Below the pieces are notes generated by a model. It saw nothing but the letters and a program-made list of their open reading frames with translations. It did not search any database and was not told the origin of the DNA. Below are positions 26,138 to 42,752 of a stretch of 64,000 nt of DNA, piece after piece. The first letter of the stretch is position 1. Each line of letters begins with the position of its first letter. This DNA is from Candidatus Limnocylindria bacterium (GTDB taxonomy: Bacteria; Chloroflexota; Limnocylindria; QHBO01), in assembly GCA_036258735.1 (NCBI GenBank), contig DATADC010000073.1, forward strand, positions 6,694 through 70,693. The letters run 5' to 3'. The position numbers and the translations under genes were made by a program.

Positions 26138-26539
26138 ATGATCAGCGGGTTCCGCGACTTCGTCATGCGCGGCAACGTCGTCGACCTGGCCGTGGCCTTC
26201 GTCCTGGGGGCCGCCTTCGCCAGCGTGGTTACCGCGTTCGTGACCGGCATCCTGACGCCGCTGCTCGGCCTGGTGGGCGTTCCCGACTTCTCGCAGCTGC
26301 GCACCGAGCTTCCGTCGGGCGCCGTGATCGAGTGGGGCCTGTTCCTGAACGCCCTGATCGCGTTCGTGCTCATCGCGGCGGCGATCTACTTCTTCGTGGT
26401 GGTACCGATGAACCGGCTGCGCCCGCCACCGCCCACGCCAGCCATGAAGAACTGCCCGGAGTGCACGTCCTCGATCCCGGAATCCGCCCGCCGCTGCCCG
26501 CAGTGCACGGCGCAACTCGCCAGCACCACCGCGTCCTAA
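26138..26539 (+). CDS. mscL: large-conductance mechanosensitive channel MscL with a C-terminal Cys4 zinc-ribbon extension
   Basis: MISGFRDFVMRGNVVDLAVAFVLGAAFASVV...EWGLFLNALIAFVLIAAAIYFFVV is the MscL TM1/TM2. The usual cytoplasmic helix is replaced by PPPPTP followed by CPEC-x11-CPQC. Strong SD GGAGGAGGTGAGGAG upstream. Confidence 0.85.
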   Translation: MISGFRDFVMRGNVVDLAVAFVLGAAFASVVTAFVTGILTPLLGLVGVPDFSQLRTELPSGAVIEWGLFLNALIAFVLIAAAIYFFVVVPMNRLRPPPPTPAMKNCPECTSSIPESARRCPQCTAQLASTTAS

Positions 26540-26649
26540 GCCCGTTCGATATGCCGGCGGCGCGGGACTGAGCCGCTGGCACAGCGCTGGCAGGCCGTTG
26601 CGCTAGCCAGCCAAGGCGCGGTGCCGCCGGCCCAATTTCGGGTCGGGGA

Positions 26650-28593
<1,944 letters not shown>

Positions 28594-28596
28594 GGA

Positions 28597-29217
28597 TCAG
28601 TGCTCCTTCGGATTGCTCGCGGCTGTGCTCGCGGGGTTGCTTGCAGGGTTATTGGCGACTCGGACGAGCGCTGGGCGCAGGATCCGATCGTGCAGCCGGT
28701 AGCCGCGCTGCAGCTCGCCGATGACGTGGTTGTCGGGATGGTCGGCTGTCTCCTCGTGGACGACCGCCTCGTGCAGGTTCGGATCGAAGGGCTGGCCGAC
28801 CGCGTCGATGGGCGTTACGCCCTCCGATTCGAGGACGGCCCGCAGCTTGCGCTCGACGAGACGCACCCCGTCGACCCAGCCCTCGTGAACGTCCTGCGGC
28901 ACGTTCTCCAGGGCACGATCGAAGTCGTCCACGACGGCCAGCAGCTTGCCGATCAGCGTGGCGTTGGCGAAGCGCGCAACCACTTCCCGCTCCTCGTCGG
29001 TCCGACGCCGGTAGTTGGCGAAGTCCGCCGCCGAGCGCTGCCAGGCGCGCAGATGCTCCTCGTCGCTGGCGCGTGCGCGCTCCAGCTCGCCGTTGAGCTC
29101 CTCGAGCTTCGCCAGCAGCTCTGCGCGGGACGGCCCCTTGCCGCGTTCCTCGCGGCGCGGCTGGTCGGGCGCCTCGCGCGCGTCTCCGTTGGTGGGTCGA
29201 TCAGTCATGGTGTTCAT
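28597..29217 (-). CDS. grpE: nucleotide exchange factor GrpE
   Basis: Coiled-coil N-terminus plus FANYRRRTDEERE...GVTPIDAVGQPFDPNLHEAVVHEE is the GrpE signature. 17-nt overlap with the hrcA 3' end. Confidence 0.92.
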   Translation of the reverse strand: MNTMTDRPTNGDAREAPDQPRREERGKGPSRAELLAKLEELNGELERARASDEEHLRAWQRSAADFANYRRRTDEEREVVARFANATLIGKLLAVVDDFDRALENVPQDVHEGWVDGVRLVERKLRAVLESEGVTPIDAVGQPFDPNLHEAVVHEETADHPDNHVIGELQRGYRLHDRILRPALVRVANNPASNPASTAASNPKEH

Positions 29218-30301
29218 GGTGGCTGGTGATGAGCTCGTTCATCAGTGACGACAGGTAGCCGACGGTGCGGATGGCCCGCGGGTACGGCATGCGGGTCGGC
29301 CCCAGGACGCCCAGCATGCCGAGTGCCTGATCGGGCTGGCCGTATGGAGCGAACACGAGGCTGACGTCGTGCATGGCGTCGATGCTGTTCTCGTGCCCGA
29401 TGATGACGTGCACGCCCCGCCGCCGCGCCAGCAGCGGGATCAGCTGCTCGAAGAAATCCGAGCGCTGGAGGACCTCCAGCACGCCCCGCAGCTTGAAACC
29501 CTGCGCGAACTCGGGTTGCTCCAGCACGTTGGTGATGCCGTCGGTGATGATCTCCTCAACCACGGCGGCGTCCGCCTCCTCCAGCAGGCTCGCCACCGTC
29601 TCGCCCACGGCACTCTCGAGCGAGCCCGGCTTCGCCGTCCGGCGCCGCACGGCGGGAGCGGCCTGGCCGGATAGCCGGGCATTGAAGTCCGCGGCCACGG
29701 CGTCCAGCTCGGCCTGCCCGATGGGCGTATCGCCGCTGACCCGGTCCACCGCCGACCGGTCCAGGCGGCGCTGAACGACGTTGCCATCGGCCAGCACAAG
29801 GACGCAGAGCCGGGCACCGTCGGCCAGCTGCACCAGCTGGACGTGGCCGAAGCGCGCCCTGCGCGACCGCGCCGGGGTGACGACCGAGGCCGATCGGGTG
29901 CTGCCCGCCAGGATGCTGGCCGCCAGGCGCAGCCACTCGTTGCTGGTCAGCTGCACCTGGCTGAACTGGTGCCGGATCATGAGCTGGTCAGTTGGGTCCA
30001 GCTGCGCCTCGCGCATCAGCGACTCGACGTAGACGCGGTATCCGAGGTCCGACGGCACGCGTCCCGCGCTGGTGTGCGGCTGGCTCAGCAGCCCGACCGC
30101 CTCGAGATCGGCCATGGCACTTCGGATGGTCGCCGAGCTGACCCCGAGCCGGTGGCGCTGAAGCAAGCTCTTGGAGCCCACCGGCACGGCGGTGAGGACG
30201 TAGTCCTCGACAACCGCGCGCAGGACCGACTGCTGGCGCTCGGTGAGGTCGACCCTGGAGCGCGATCGCGAGCCGTGAGAGAGGTTCTGTTCGTTGATCA
30301 T
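29201..30301 (-). CDS. hrcA: heat-inducible transcriptional repressor HrcA
   Basis: LTERQQSVLRAVVEDYVLTAVPVGSKSL wHTH plus a C-terminal HrcA domain. Start taken at ATG 30299-30301 (MINEQ) so that the CIRCE operator lies upstream of the ORF rather than inside it. Confidence 0.92.
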   Translation of the reverse strand: MINEQNLSHGSRSRSRVDLTERQQSVLRAVVEDYVLTAVPVGSKSLLQRHRLGVSSATIRSAMADLEAVGLLSQPHTSAGRVPSDLGYRVYVESLMREAQLDPTDQLMIRHQFSQVQLTSNEWLRLAASILAGSTRSASVVTPARSRRARFGHVQLVQLADGARLCVLVLADGNVVQRRLDRSAVDRVSGDTPIGQAELDAVAADFNARLSGQAAPAVRRRTAKPGSLESAVGETVASLLEEADAAVVEEIITDGITNVLEQPEFAQGFKLRGVLEVLQRSDFFEQLIPLLARRRGVHVIIGHENSIDAMHDVSLVFAPYGQPDQALGMLGVLGPTRMPYPRAIRTVGYLSSLMNELITSHHEHHD

Positions 30302-30318
30302 CGCGGATTCTGGCATCG

Positions 30319-30345
30319 TTAGCACTCAACGCTCGAGAGTGCCAA
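30319..30345. promoter_or_regulatory. CIRCE operator (TTAGCACTC-N9-GAGTGCCAA)
   Basis: A 17/18 match to the CIRCE consensus TTAGCACTC-N9-GAGTGCTAA, 18 nt upstream of the hrcA start. Confidence 0.8.
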
Positions 30346-30358
30346 CGGGCCGCTCGGC

Positions 30359-30388
30359 ATCGTACCAACCGGCGCGGCCCGGTGTCAA
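30359..30388 (-). promoter_or_regulatory. sigma-70-type promoter of the hrcA-grpE-dnaK operon (TTGACA-N18-TACGAT)
   Basis: Minus strand reads cgTTGACAccgggccgcgccggttggTACGATgcc, directly followed by CIRCE. This is the Bacillus-like promoter/operator arrangement. Confidence 0.5.
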
Positions 30389-31041
30389 CGAAGGCGCCCC
30401 GCCGTAGCATGAGCGCCATGCGGGCACTGGGCACGCTCGTCAACGCGCTGCTGCGCGCGTCCATCGTCGGCGTGCTGGTCGAGGCCCTGGCTCGCCCGGA
30501 CGACCACCGGTTCGCCGGCAAAGCGATCGGGCAGCGGGGGCTCGTCATGATCCCGCTCAGCGCGTTCGTCCCGGCGCTGCACGCCGGACGCCGCCTTCGA
30601 GGTGAGGACGCCGCGTACCCCGTCTGGACCGACAACCTGTGGCTGTCGATCTTCGCCCTGGACCTGGCGGGCAACCACTTCGACTGGTACGACCGTCATC
30701 GCCACTTCGACCTGATTCCGCACGCCCACGGCACTGGTGCGGGCGGCGTGGCGGTTGCCGAGGTGCTGCGACTGCCTGCGCTGAGCGGGCTCGGCCTGGC
30801 GCAGATCGGCCACGTCCTGCTCGAGGCGCAGGAGTACTACTCGGACGTCTGGTTCGGGCTGCGCAACGTGCGCGGCACGTGGGACACCGTCAGCGACCTG
30901 TTGGCCGGCGTGGCCGGCTCGGTTGCCTACGCCGCGGCGCTGGGGCTAGTGCGACGTCGGCGAGGCGCGCGAGGACGGCCTGGCCGCGCGGCGACAACCG
31001 GTACCCGACCTCCAAACTTTCGGTCAGCCCCAGCTCCTTGA
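30382..31041 (+). CDS. hypothetical membrane-associated protein
   Basis: 219-aa ORF with strong GC3 bias (MSAMRALGTLVNALLRASIVGVLVEALARPDDHRF...). No family recognised. The C-terminal about 50 aa overlap the convergent ASCH gene and may be read-through. Confidence 0.4.
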   Translation: MSTKAPRRSMSAMRALGTLVNALLRASIVGVLVEALARPDDHRFAGKAIGQRGLVMIPLSAFVPALHAGRRLRGEDAAYPVWTDNLWLSIFALDLAGNHFDWYDRHRHFDLIPHAHGTGAGGVAVAEVLRLPALSGLGLAQIGHVLLEAQEYYSDVWFGLRNVRGTWDTVSDLLAGVAGSVAYAAALGLVRRRRGARGRPGRAATTGTRPPNFRSAPAP

Positions 31042-31531
31042 GCTTGCGGACGTCGCGCTTGAAGGACAGCCGCTCGCGTCCGAACGACGAGGCCAGGTCG
31101 GCCGCCCTCGTTCCCGGGTGCTGCGCGATTGCCTCCAGCACCGCCAGCGTCCATGGGCCGTGGGGGCTGGCGCGGTCCAGCCGCTCCAGGTGCCGCGCTA
31201 TGGCAGGCAGCTCGTCCGCATCCGGCGTTCGCTGACGCAGGCTGACGCGCGGATCCGGGCCGACCAGGCGCAGGCTGATGCGGTAGATCCGGCCCTGCTG
31301 CCGCCGGTCCAGGAATGAGAGCAGCTGGTCGCGCTTCTCGAAGCCGGCGCGGCGCGCATCCGCGTCGCTGATGGCGGCGCGGTCGAGGACCGTCACCTCG
31401 TCGAAGCCGATGACGCCCAACGAGGTCCGCTGGCGTCCACCAGGCCGCACGCGAGGACGCTCCCAGCGGCGAAAGGCGAGATCCACCCTGCCGTCGGCGA
31501 TCGCGCGTAGGACGTCAGGCCTGAGCAGCAC
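30890..31531 (-). CDS. ASCH-domain protein with C-terminal winged-helix
   Basis: An ASCH-like N-terminus (VLLRPDVLRAIADGRVDLAFRRWERPRVRPGGRQRTSLGVIGFDEVTVLD...IYRISLRLVG) and a C-terminal HTH (LSFKRDVRKLKELGLTESLEVGYRLSPRGQAVL). Start is provisional at GTG 31529-31531, overlapping the hemW stop by 17 nt; the longer track ORF is antisense to hemW. Confidence 0.45.
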   Translation of the reverse strand: MLLRPDVLRAIADGRVDLAFRRWERPRVRPGGRQRTSLGVIGFDEVTVLDRAAISDADARRAGFEKRDQLLSFLDRRQQGRIYRISLRLVGPDPRVSLRQRTPDADELPAIARHLERLDRASPHGPWTLAVLEAIAQHPGTRAADLASSFGRERLSFKRDVRKLKELGLTESLEVGYRLSPRGQAVLARLADVALAPAPRRRQPSRPRRPTGR

Positions 31532-32720
31532 CGTCCATGAACGCGAGGAGCGCCTGGCTGGCCAGCAGCCGCCCGGCCGCGCTGAGGCGGATGCGCCGCG
31601 GATCCAGCTCGACGAGACCGTAGGCCACCGTCTCCTCCACCGCTCCTGCAAAGTAGGCTGCCGGGTCGCTACCGAACTCGGCCGCGAACGCCTGTCGCTC
31701 GAGGCCGTCGACGCGGCGCAGGCCCAGCGCCACGGCCTCGAACGCGCGAGTGGATGGGTCCAGCCGCTCATGGCCGGCCCTCGGCAGGCGGCCTGCCTCG
31801 ACGGACGCCAGGTAGGTGTCGAGGTCGCGCACGTTCCAGGAGCGGTAGTCGCCGCCGTCGTACGAGTGCGCGCCTGCTCCGATGCCGGTGTAGGGCCGCC
31901 GCGCCCAGTAGGCGGCGTTGTGCCGCGACTCACGTCCGGGCTGCGACCATGACGACAGCTCGTAGTGGCGGTAGCCGGCGCCGGCCAGCATATCCTCGGC
32001 CACACGGTACTGGTCGGCAGCCACATCGTCGTCCTGGAGCGCGGCCGCACGAGCCCTCCAGCGCAGTGCGCCGGCCCGCGGAGGCGCCGCCCATTCGTCG
32101 GGGGCCAGCGCCAGCTGAAGCGCATAGAGCGACAGATGCTCCGGTTGCAGGGCCACCGCCTCGGCCACGACCCCCCGCCAGGCTTCAAGATCCTGGCCGG
32201 GGATCGCGTAGATCAGGTCCAGGCTGACGTTCTCGAAGCCGGCGGCGCGGGCTGCGGCGTACGCCGCGCGGGGCTCGCCGGCGGTGTGGCCGCGAGCCAG
32301 GGCTCGCAGGTCGCCGTCGCGCAGCGACTGCACGCCCAGCGAGATGCGGTTGACGCCAGCCTGGCGTAGCGCCCCCCAGTCCGGCGCCTCGCGCAGCGAG
32401 GGGTTTGCCTCCAGCGTGATCTCGTCGGGTGTCGCGCCCCATCGCCCCTCGGCCGCTTCAATCACGCGCGCCACGGCGGCGGGCGGCAGCAGTGACGGTG
32501 TGCCGCCGCCGAAGTAGATCGTCGCGAGCCGCCCAGGCGCGGGCCGCTGGCCAAGTTCGGCCAGCAGCGCGTCGACGTAGCGCGGAATATCAGCCCCGCG
32601 TCCGCCAACGGTCACGAAATCGCAGTAGGCGCACACCAGCCGGCAGAACGGCACGTGGACGTACAGGTGGTGGCTACGACTGTTGGCCTGCGCGCCGGTG
32701 GATGGGACCTCGGTGCTCAC
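31515..32720 (-). CDS. hemW: radical SAM heme chaperone HemW (HemN-like, oxygen-independent coproporphyrinogen III oxidase family)
   Basis: HLYVHVPFCRLVCAYCDFVT is a CxxxCxxC radical-SAM motif; HemN C-terminal domain present. Conserved lepA-hemW neighbourhood. Confidence 0.9.
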   Translation of the reverse strand: MSTEVPSTGAQANSRSHHLYVHVPFCRLVCAYCDFVTVGGRGADIPRYVDALLAELGQRPAPGRLATIYFGGGTPSLLPPAAVARVIEAAEGRWGATPDEITLEANPSLREAPDWGALRQAGVNRISLGVQSLRDGDLRALARGHTAGEPRAAYAAARAAGFENVSLDLIYAIPGQDLEAWRGVVAEAVALQPEHLSLYALQLALAPDEWAAPPRAGALRWRARAAALQDDDVAADQYRVAEDMLAGAGYRHYELSSWSQPGRESRHNAAYWARRPYTGIGAGAHSYDGGDYRSWNVRDLDTYLASVEAGRLPRAGHERLDPSTRAFEAVALGLRRVDGLERQAFAAEFGSDPAAYFAGAVEETVAYGLVELDPRRIRLSAAGRLLASQALLAFMDGAAQA

Positions 32721-32767
32721 CGGGGGAGCCTAACGGACACGGGAACGGTCGATTACTGTTTGCCATG

Positions 32768-32925
32768 CTCGCTGGGTGAGCATGCAGGCGGCATCTGGGT
32801 CGCTGGGCGCAACAGTCCACGCACGAACGCCCTGTCCTGCGGCATCTGGGTCGCTGGGCACAACAGTCCACGCACGAACGCCCTGTCGTGCCCGATCTGC
32901 GTCGCTGGGCGCGATGCGGGGGCGC
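32768..32925. repeat. tandem direct repeat, 2 full plus 2 partial copies of a 51-bp unit (GGCATCTGGGTCGCTGGGCGCAACAGTCCACGCACGAACGCCCTGTCCTGC)
   Basis: Units at 32790-32840 and 32841-32891 are 49/51 identical, with partial copies at 32768-32788 and 32892-32925. They share the core GTCGCTGGGCGCAAC ... CGCACGAA with the repeat at 7281-7416. Intergenic between the CPBP protease gene and hemW. Confidence 0.6.
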
Positions 32926-32964
32926 GGGCGTCAAGGCGCCAGTGGCATGACGCCATCCGCGCCC

Positions 32965-33633
32965 CTAGATCGGACGGGTGCGCAGGCGTCCTCCCGCGAA
33001 GGCGAAGAGCGCCGCCATGACCGCAAAGTGGCCGACGATGGCGGGCACCACCGAGCCCGCCGCCACAGTCGCCTGCCCCGCCGCGTAACCGAGCAGGACC
33101 GAGGCGATCAGGAAGAACCACTGCCGCTCACGCCACAGGCGGCGCTGCGCCAGGCCGTAGAGCAGGGCCTGGATCACGATGGCGGTCCCGACCCCGCCGG
33201 GCAGGTCCGCGAAGATCAGCATGCCCAGCACGATGGACCGGAACTGGAGCTCGTCGGCCACCGCGCTGGCGGCGGTGCCGATCAGGCGCGAGGGCAGCAA
33301 CGCCGTAGGCAGCGGCGTGATGGCGCCGTACCAGCGGAACGCGAAGGCCAAGCCGGTGAGCACGCCGACCGCGCTGAACAGCAGCATGATCTGCAACGAG
33401 AGCTCGGGATCACCGGGCGTCAGGAACAGGCGGCCCCGACCGTTGGGCAATATGACGGCGATGCCGATGGCGAAGGCGATCACCAGGCCGTAGTACGACA
33501 GCGGCCCGATCCACGGGTATCGGTAGCGGAAGTAGTCCGAGCGCAGGATGCGGTCGGAGTCGAAACGGAGCAACACCAGGAAGATGGTCAGACCCAGCGC
33601 GATGGAGAGGCGCAGCGATTCCTCGAACGGCAT
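32965..33633 (-). CDS. CPBP family intramembrane glutamic endopeptidase (CAAX protease/Abi family)
   Basis: Polytopic membrane protein with [14 protein letters not shown] (EExxxR motif 1) and HFAVM (His motif). Start abuts the lepA stop. Confidence 0.78.
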   Translation of the reverse strand: MPFEESLRLSIALGLTIFLVLLRFDSDRILRSDYFRYRYPWIGPLSYYGLVIAFAIGIAVILPNGRGRLFLTPGDPELSLQIMLLFSAVGVLTGLAFAFRWYGAITPLPTALLPSRLIGTAASAVADELQFRSIVLGMLIFADLPGGVGTAIVIQALLYGLAQRRLWRERQWFFLIASVLLGYAAGQATVAAGSVVPAIVGHFAVMAALFAFAGGRLRTRPI

Positions 33634-35445
33634 CTACGACGCCTCGTTCATGCGGAGCACCGCCAGGAAGGCCTCCTGCGGGATCTCGACCGAGCCGATG
33701 CGCTTCATCCGCTGCTTGCCCTCCCGCTGCTTCTCGAGGAGCTTGCGCTTGCGCGTGACATCTCCCCCGTAGCACTTGGCGAGCACGTTCTTGCGCATGG
33801 CCCGGATCGTCTCGCGGCTGATGATATGCGAGCCGATGGCGGCCTGGACCGGGACCTCGAACATCTGGCGCGGGATCAGCTCGGTCAGCTTCTCGACCAG
33901 CGCCTTGCCCTGCCGGTAGGCGTTTGACCGATGAACGATCAACGACAGCGCATCCACCGGCTCCCCGTTGACGAGGACCTCCAGCTTCACCAGGTCACCG
34001 GGGCGGTAGCCGATGTAGTGGTAGTCCAGGCTGGCGTACCCGGACGAGCGGCTCTTGAGCTGGTCGTAGAAGTCGATGATCAGCTCGCCCAGCGGCATCT
34101 CGAGGTGCAGGTTCACGCGCCTGGGGTCGAGGTACTCCATCGTCTTGAACTCGGCGCGCCGTCCGGTGGCGAGCTCCATGATGGGCCCGATGTAGTCGGT
34201 GGGCGTGATGACCTGCACCGAGACCCACGGCTCGCTGATCTGCTCGATCTCGCCGGACTCCGGCATCTGGGCCGGGTTGTCCACCGCCACCTCGTCCGCC
34301 CGGTGGTGGGTTTTCACCCGGTACTCCACGCTGGGGGCCGACGCGATGAGGCCCAGGTCGAACTCGCGCTCCAGGCGCTCCTGGACGATCTCCATGTGCA
34401 GCATCCCAAGAAAGCCGCAACGAAAACCGAACCCAAGCGCCACGCTCGACTCGGGCTCGTACACGAAGCTGGCGTCGTTGAGGTGGAGCTTGTCGAGCGC
34501 GTCGCGCAGCAGCGGGTACTCGTCGCCGCGCATGGGGTAGATGCCGGCGAAGACCAGCGGCAGTGCCTGCTTGTAGCCGGGGAGCGGGTCGGGCGCGGGG
34601 CGGTCGCCATCAGTCAGGGTGTCGCCCACGCGCGCGTCGGCGATGCTCTTCAGGCCGGATGCGACGTAGCCAACCTCGCCGGCGGTGAGGCTTCGGGTGG
34701 GAACTGGCTGAGGCCGAAAATAGCCGAGCTCCAGGATCTCGCTTCGCGCGTCGGTGGCCATGAAGCGAACGCGCTCGTGGTCGTGGAGCGTCCCGTTCGC
34801 CACTCGGACGTAGGCCACCACGCCCTTGTACGGGTCGTAGTGACTGTCGAAGACGAGCGCCTGGAGCGGCGCTCGGGAGTCGCCACGCGGCGACGGGACG
34901 CGCGTCACGATAGCCTCCAGGATCTCGGACACGCCCACGCCGTCCTTTGCGGAGGCCAGGATGACCTCCTCGCGCGGGATGGCGAGGGTGTCCTCCAGCT
35001 CGGCGACGACCAGCTCCGGATCGGCGCTGGGCAGGTCGATCTTGTTGACCACCGGGATGATGACCAGGTCCTGCTGCATGGCCAGGTGGACGTTGGCCAG
35101 CGTCTGCGCCTCGATCCCCTGGCTTGCGTCCACCACCAGGATCGCGCCCTCGCAGGCCTGCAGCGACCGGCTCACCTCGTAGCTGAAGTCGACGTGGCCC
35201 GGCGTGTCGATCAGGTTGAGCGCGTAGGTGTGCCCGTCCGGCGCCTCGTAGTGCAGCCGCACCGCTCGGGCCTTGATGGTGATGCCCTTCTCGCGCTCGA
35301 GCTCCATGGAGTCGAGCACCTGGGAGGTCATCAGTCGCCGCTCGATGGTGTGCGTGGCCTCCAGCAGGCGGTCGGCCAGCGTGGACTTGCCGTGGTCGAT
35401 GTGCGCGACGATGCTGAAGTTGCGGATTCGCTCCAGCGGGATCAC
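33634..35445 (-). CDS. lepA: elongation factor 4 (translation factor LepA/GUF1)
   Basis: [22 protein letters not shown]...[14 protein letters not shown]...NKIDL G-domain plus a LepA-specific C-terminus. Confidence 0.97.
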   Translation of the reverse strand: MIPLERIRNFSIVAHIDHGKSTLADRLLEATHTIERRLMTSQVLDSMELEREKGITIKARAVRLHYEAPDGHTYALNLIDTPGHVDFSYEVSRSLQACEGAILVVDASQGIEAQTLANVHLAMQQDLVIIPVVNKIDLPSADPELVVAELEDTLAIPREEVILASAKDGVGVSEILEAIVTRVPSPRGDSRAPLQALVFDSHYDPYKGVVAYVRVANGTLHDHERVRFMATDARSEILELGYFRPQPVPTRSLTAGEVGYVASGLKSIADARVGDTLTDGDRPAPDPLPGYKQALPLVFAGIYPMRGDEYPLLRDALDKLHLNDASFVYEPESSVALGFGFRCGFLGMLHMEIVQERLEREFDLGLIASAPSVEYRVKTHHRADEVAVDNPAQMPESGEIEQISEPWVSVQVITPTDYIGPIMELATGRRAEFKTMEYLDPRRVNLHLEMPLGELIIDFYDQLKSRSSGYASLDYHYIGYRPGDLVKLEVLVNGEPVDALSLIVHRSNAYRQGKALVEKLTELIPRQMFEVPVQAAIGSHIISRETIRAMRKNVLAKCYGGDVTRKRKLLEKQREGKQRMKRIGSVEIPQEAFLAVLRMNEAS

Positions 35446-35475
35446 GTGCCCGAGTCTACGGGGCGCGCCTGGCGC

Positions 35476-37299
35476 TCAGCCGCGGGGCCCCACCTCGGTG
35501 ATGCCGTTTACCGTGCGGTAGGTGCTGTGCCACACGTCCTGGTGGAGCAGGTTCCCGTCCGCGTCGCGCACCCAGCGGGTCACGACGGCGTTGAAGCCGT
35601 CGTGCGGGTACTCGACGATCCGGCTGGTTCCCGGCGCCAGGCTGGGATTGACCACCGTCGTCCAGACCGCCGTGCCGTGGTTTGAGGTGACCGGGTCCGA
35701 CAGCTCCACCGTGCGGCCGTCCGGCACGCCCCAGATGTCGAACCGCACCCAGCCGTTGCCGGTGTAGGAGCGGATGACGACCGGATTGGCAGTGTCGTTG
35801 CGGAAGGTCATGTCGGTCACCCACGTGTCGGTCTTGAACACCGTGGCGTCCAGGCCCACCGGGTAGCGCTCGATGTAGTAGCTGTGGTTGATCCGTTCAC
35901 CGATCTCGAGCCCCGAGCGCATGGCGGCGTTGAAGAGGGTCGTGGAGGTCGAGCAGATACCACCCGCCAGCGCGCCGTTTGGCACGCTGCGGCCGCCGAT
36001 GATGGCGCCGCCGTAACCGTACCCCCGCTCCACCGTGACCGGGCCGATATCGTTCCAGAAGCTGAACCACTCGCCCGGGGCGACCACGTGGCCATCCAGG
36101 TCCCAGGCCGGGATGTGGATATTCGCGTTCCAGAAGTTGCCCTCGCCCGGGTCGTAGTCCGTCCTCCAGGTGCCGAGGACCCTCATCCTCGGCGCGGCGG
36201 CCTGTGCGGCCTGGGTCGTCAGCGCCGGCGCACTGGTCGTCACAGCCAGCGGCACCGCCCGCCGAGCCGCTCCTGCCCCGCGCTCGCGCAGCACGTCGGC
36301 CACGGCGCGGACGCTGGCGCGCACGTCGAGCTCTTGGCCGTTCACCGCGGGCACCACGCCCGTGATGCCACCGGAGCCCCACTCGTACGCCGCGTCCTGC
36401 GGCGCCCGGGCGACCGCCGGAGCCAGGGGCCGGACCATGCGGCCGATGGCTTGCTCGTTGAGGCGCACGCTGACCGAGCCGCTCGCTTCCTCGAAGCTGA
36501 TCAGGTCCGCCAGCCGAGCTGTCCCGATGCGGTATGCCTCGTCGCCGGCTCGAAGGGTCAGTGGGGCGCCGGCGATGGCGTTGGCCTCGTCGGCGGCGTC
36601 TGCCGCCTCATCGGTCGTGATCTCGGGACGGATGGTCTGGGTCGGAACCGAGATCGTGACCTGGCTCGCCGTCGTGGCGGTGGAGCTCAGAAGCTGCGAG
36701 CGGAGGGATTCGACGTCGAGTTGCGACCCGGTCACCGCCTCTTCGACCGCGAAGCCCTCGCCCGCTTCGTAGCTGATCGCCGCGTCCGAGGCCTCCGCCT
36801 CGAAGCGGTCCACGATCTGGGCAACCACGGTTTCGACGCCGGAGCCGCCCTCGGTGCTGACGACCACCGGCACGCTGGCAGGCACGGCGAGCACCCGCAG
36901 GCGCGCCACGGCGTCGGAGACGAGGTCGCCGCTGCGCGCCACCCCGTAGGCGGACGAGATCATGGCGTCCACGTCGTACGAGCGGCCAAGCTCCGCGAAC
37001 CGCACCTCAACGCTGGCACCACCAACCTCCACCACCACGCTGCCCTCGGCCAGCGACGGGAGCGCAGCCAGTAGCCGCTGGCCCGCTGCGCCGCGATCCA
37101 GGCCGCCAATCTCGACGCCGGCGACGCGGACGCCGGGCATGACCCTGCCGGTGTTCATCACGCTCACCGCGATGGAGGCCGTGGCCACGATCATGATGCC
37201 GGCCGCCAGCGTGGCCAGGAAGCCCAGCAGGAAACCACGGCGCGGCGAGCCAGGCGCCAACAGGGTCGCGGGGCGGGCGAGGGCGGTGAGGGTGGTCAT
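35476..37299 (-). CDS. VanW family protein
   Basis: 607 aa; N-terminal TM anchor, PG-binding-like repeats and a C-terminal VanW domain (GEWFSFWNDIGPVTVERGYGYGGAIIGGRSVPNGALAGGICSTSTTLFNAA). Confidence 0.85.
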   Translation of the reverse strand: MTTLTALARPATLLAPGSPRRGFLLGFLATLAAGIMIVATASIAVSVMNTGRVMPGVRVAGVEIGGLDRGAAGQRLLAALPSLAEGSVVVEVGGASVEVRFAELGRSYDVDAMISSAYGVARSGDLVSDAVARLRVLAVPASVPVVVSTEGGSGVETVVAQIVDRFEAEASDAAISYEAGEGFAVEEAVTGSQLDVESLRSQLLSSTATTASQVTISVPTQTIRPEITTDEAADAADEANAIAGAPLTLRAGDEAYRIGTARLADLISFEEASGSVSVRLNEQAIGRMVRPLAPAVARAPQDAAYEWGSGGITGVVPAVNGQELDVRASVRAVADVLRERGAGAARRAVPLAVTTSAPALTTQAAQAAAPRMRVLGTWRTDYDPGEGNFWNANIHIPAWDLDGHVVAPGEWFSFWNDIGPVTVERGYGYGGAIIGGRSVPNGALAGGICSTSTTLFNAAMRSGLEIGERINHSYYIERYPVGLDATVFKTDTWVTDMTFRNDTANPVVIRSYTGNGWVRFDIWGVPDGRTVELSDPVTSNHGTAVWTTVVNPSLAPGTSRIVEYPHDGFNAVVTRWVRDADGNLLHQDVWHSTYRTVNGITEVGPRG

Positions 37300-37421
37300 G
37301 TTCCTCCCAGAGACGCCAATTTCGGGCGTCGCGTTCCAACGGCCGAGGGCAAAGCGGCCGCGCCGGGCGCATTGTCCCCGCTCGGCGGGCGCTTGTCGAG
37401 TCGGAGCGCTGACCCGGCCGG

Positions 37422-37430
37422 TGCTATACT
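37422..37430 (+). promoter_or_regulatory. extended -10 promoter element (TGcTATACT) for rpsT
   Basis: gtgcTATACTcc lies 72 nt upstream of the rpsT GTG; the extended-10 TG is at 37422-37423. No convincing -35 at 17 nt spacing. Confidence 0.35.
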
Positions 37431-37502
37431 CCCGGCTCCGATGCGCCGCACGCCGGCGTTCGTTTCGTTTCCACCCCTGTCATCCACTCTCGAGGGTCGT
37501 CC

Positions 37503-42605
<5,103 letters not shown>

Positions 42606-42752
42606 CGCCGCTCCCCGACGGCCCCGGTCACCACCGACCGCCCGGGGCGGCCAAGTGCGACCGCGGCCGGGCGGCCGGCAGGAGTGGTTATCTGTGGAGA
42701 CTGGCGGCCGGCGCGCGCATCGGCGCGGGCCGCACGGGAGCACCGCCGGCGG

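Noticed and set aside
32790-32891. Sigma-54 (-24/-12) promoter inside the repeat unit (TGGAC..TTGCG on the minus strand)
   Set aside because: The GG-to-GC spacing is 6-7 nt rather than the required 10. No bEBP or rpoN context.
42606-42752. Regulatory element between the ROK glucokinase start and the zinc-ribbon mini-gene
   Set aside because: Only generic GC-rich palindromes (GCCGGC-type) with no recognisable operator or terminator geometry.
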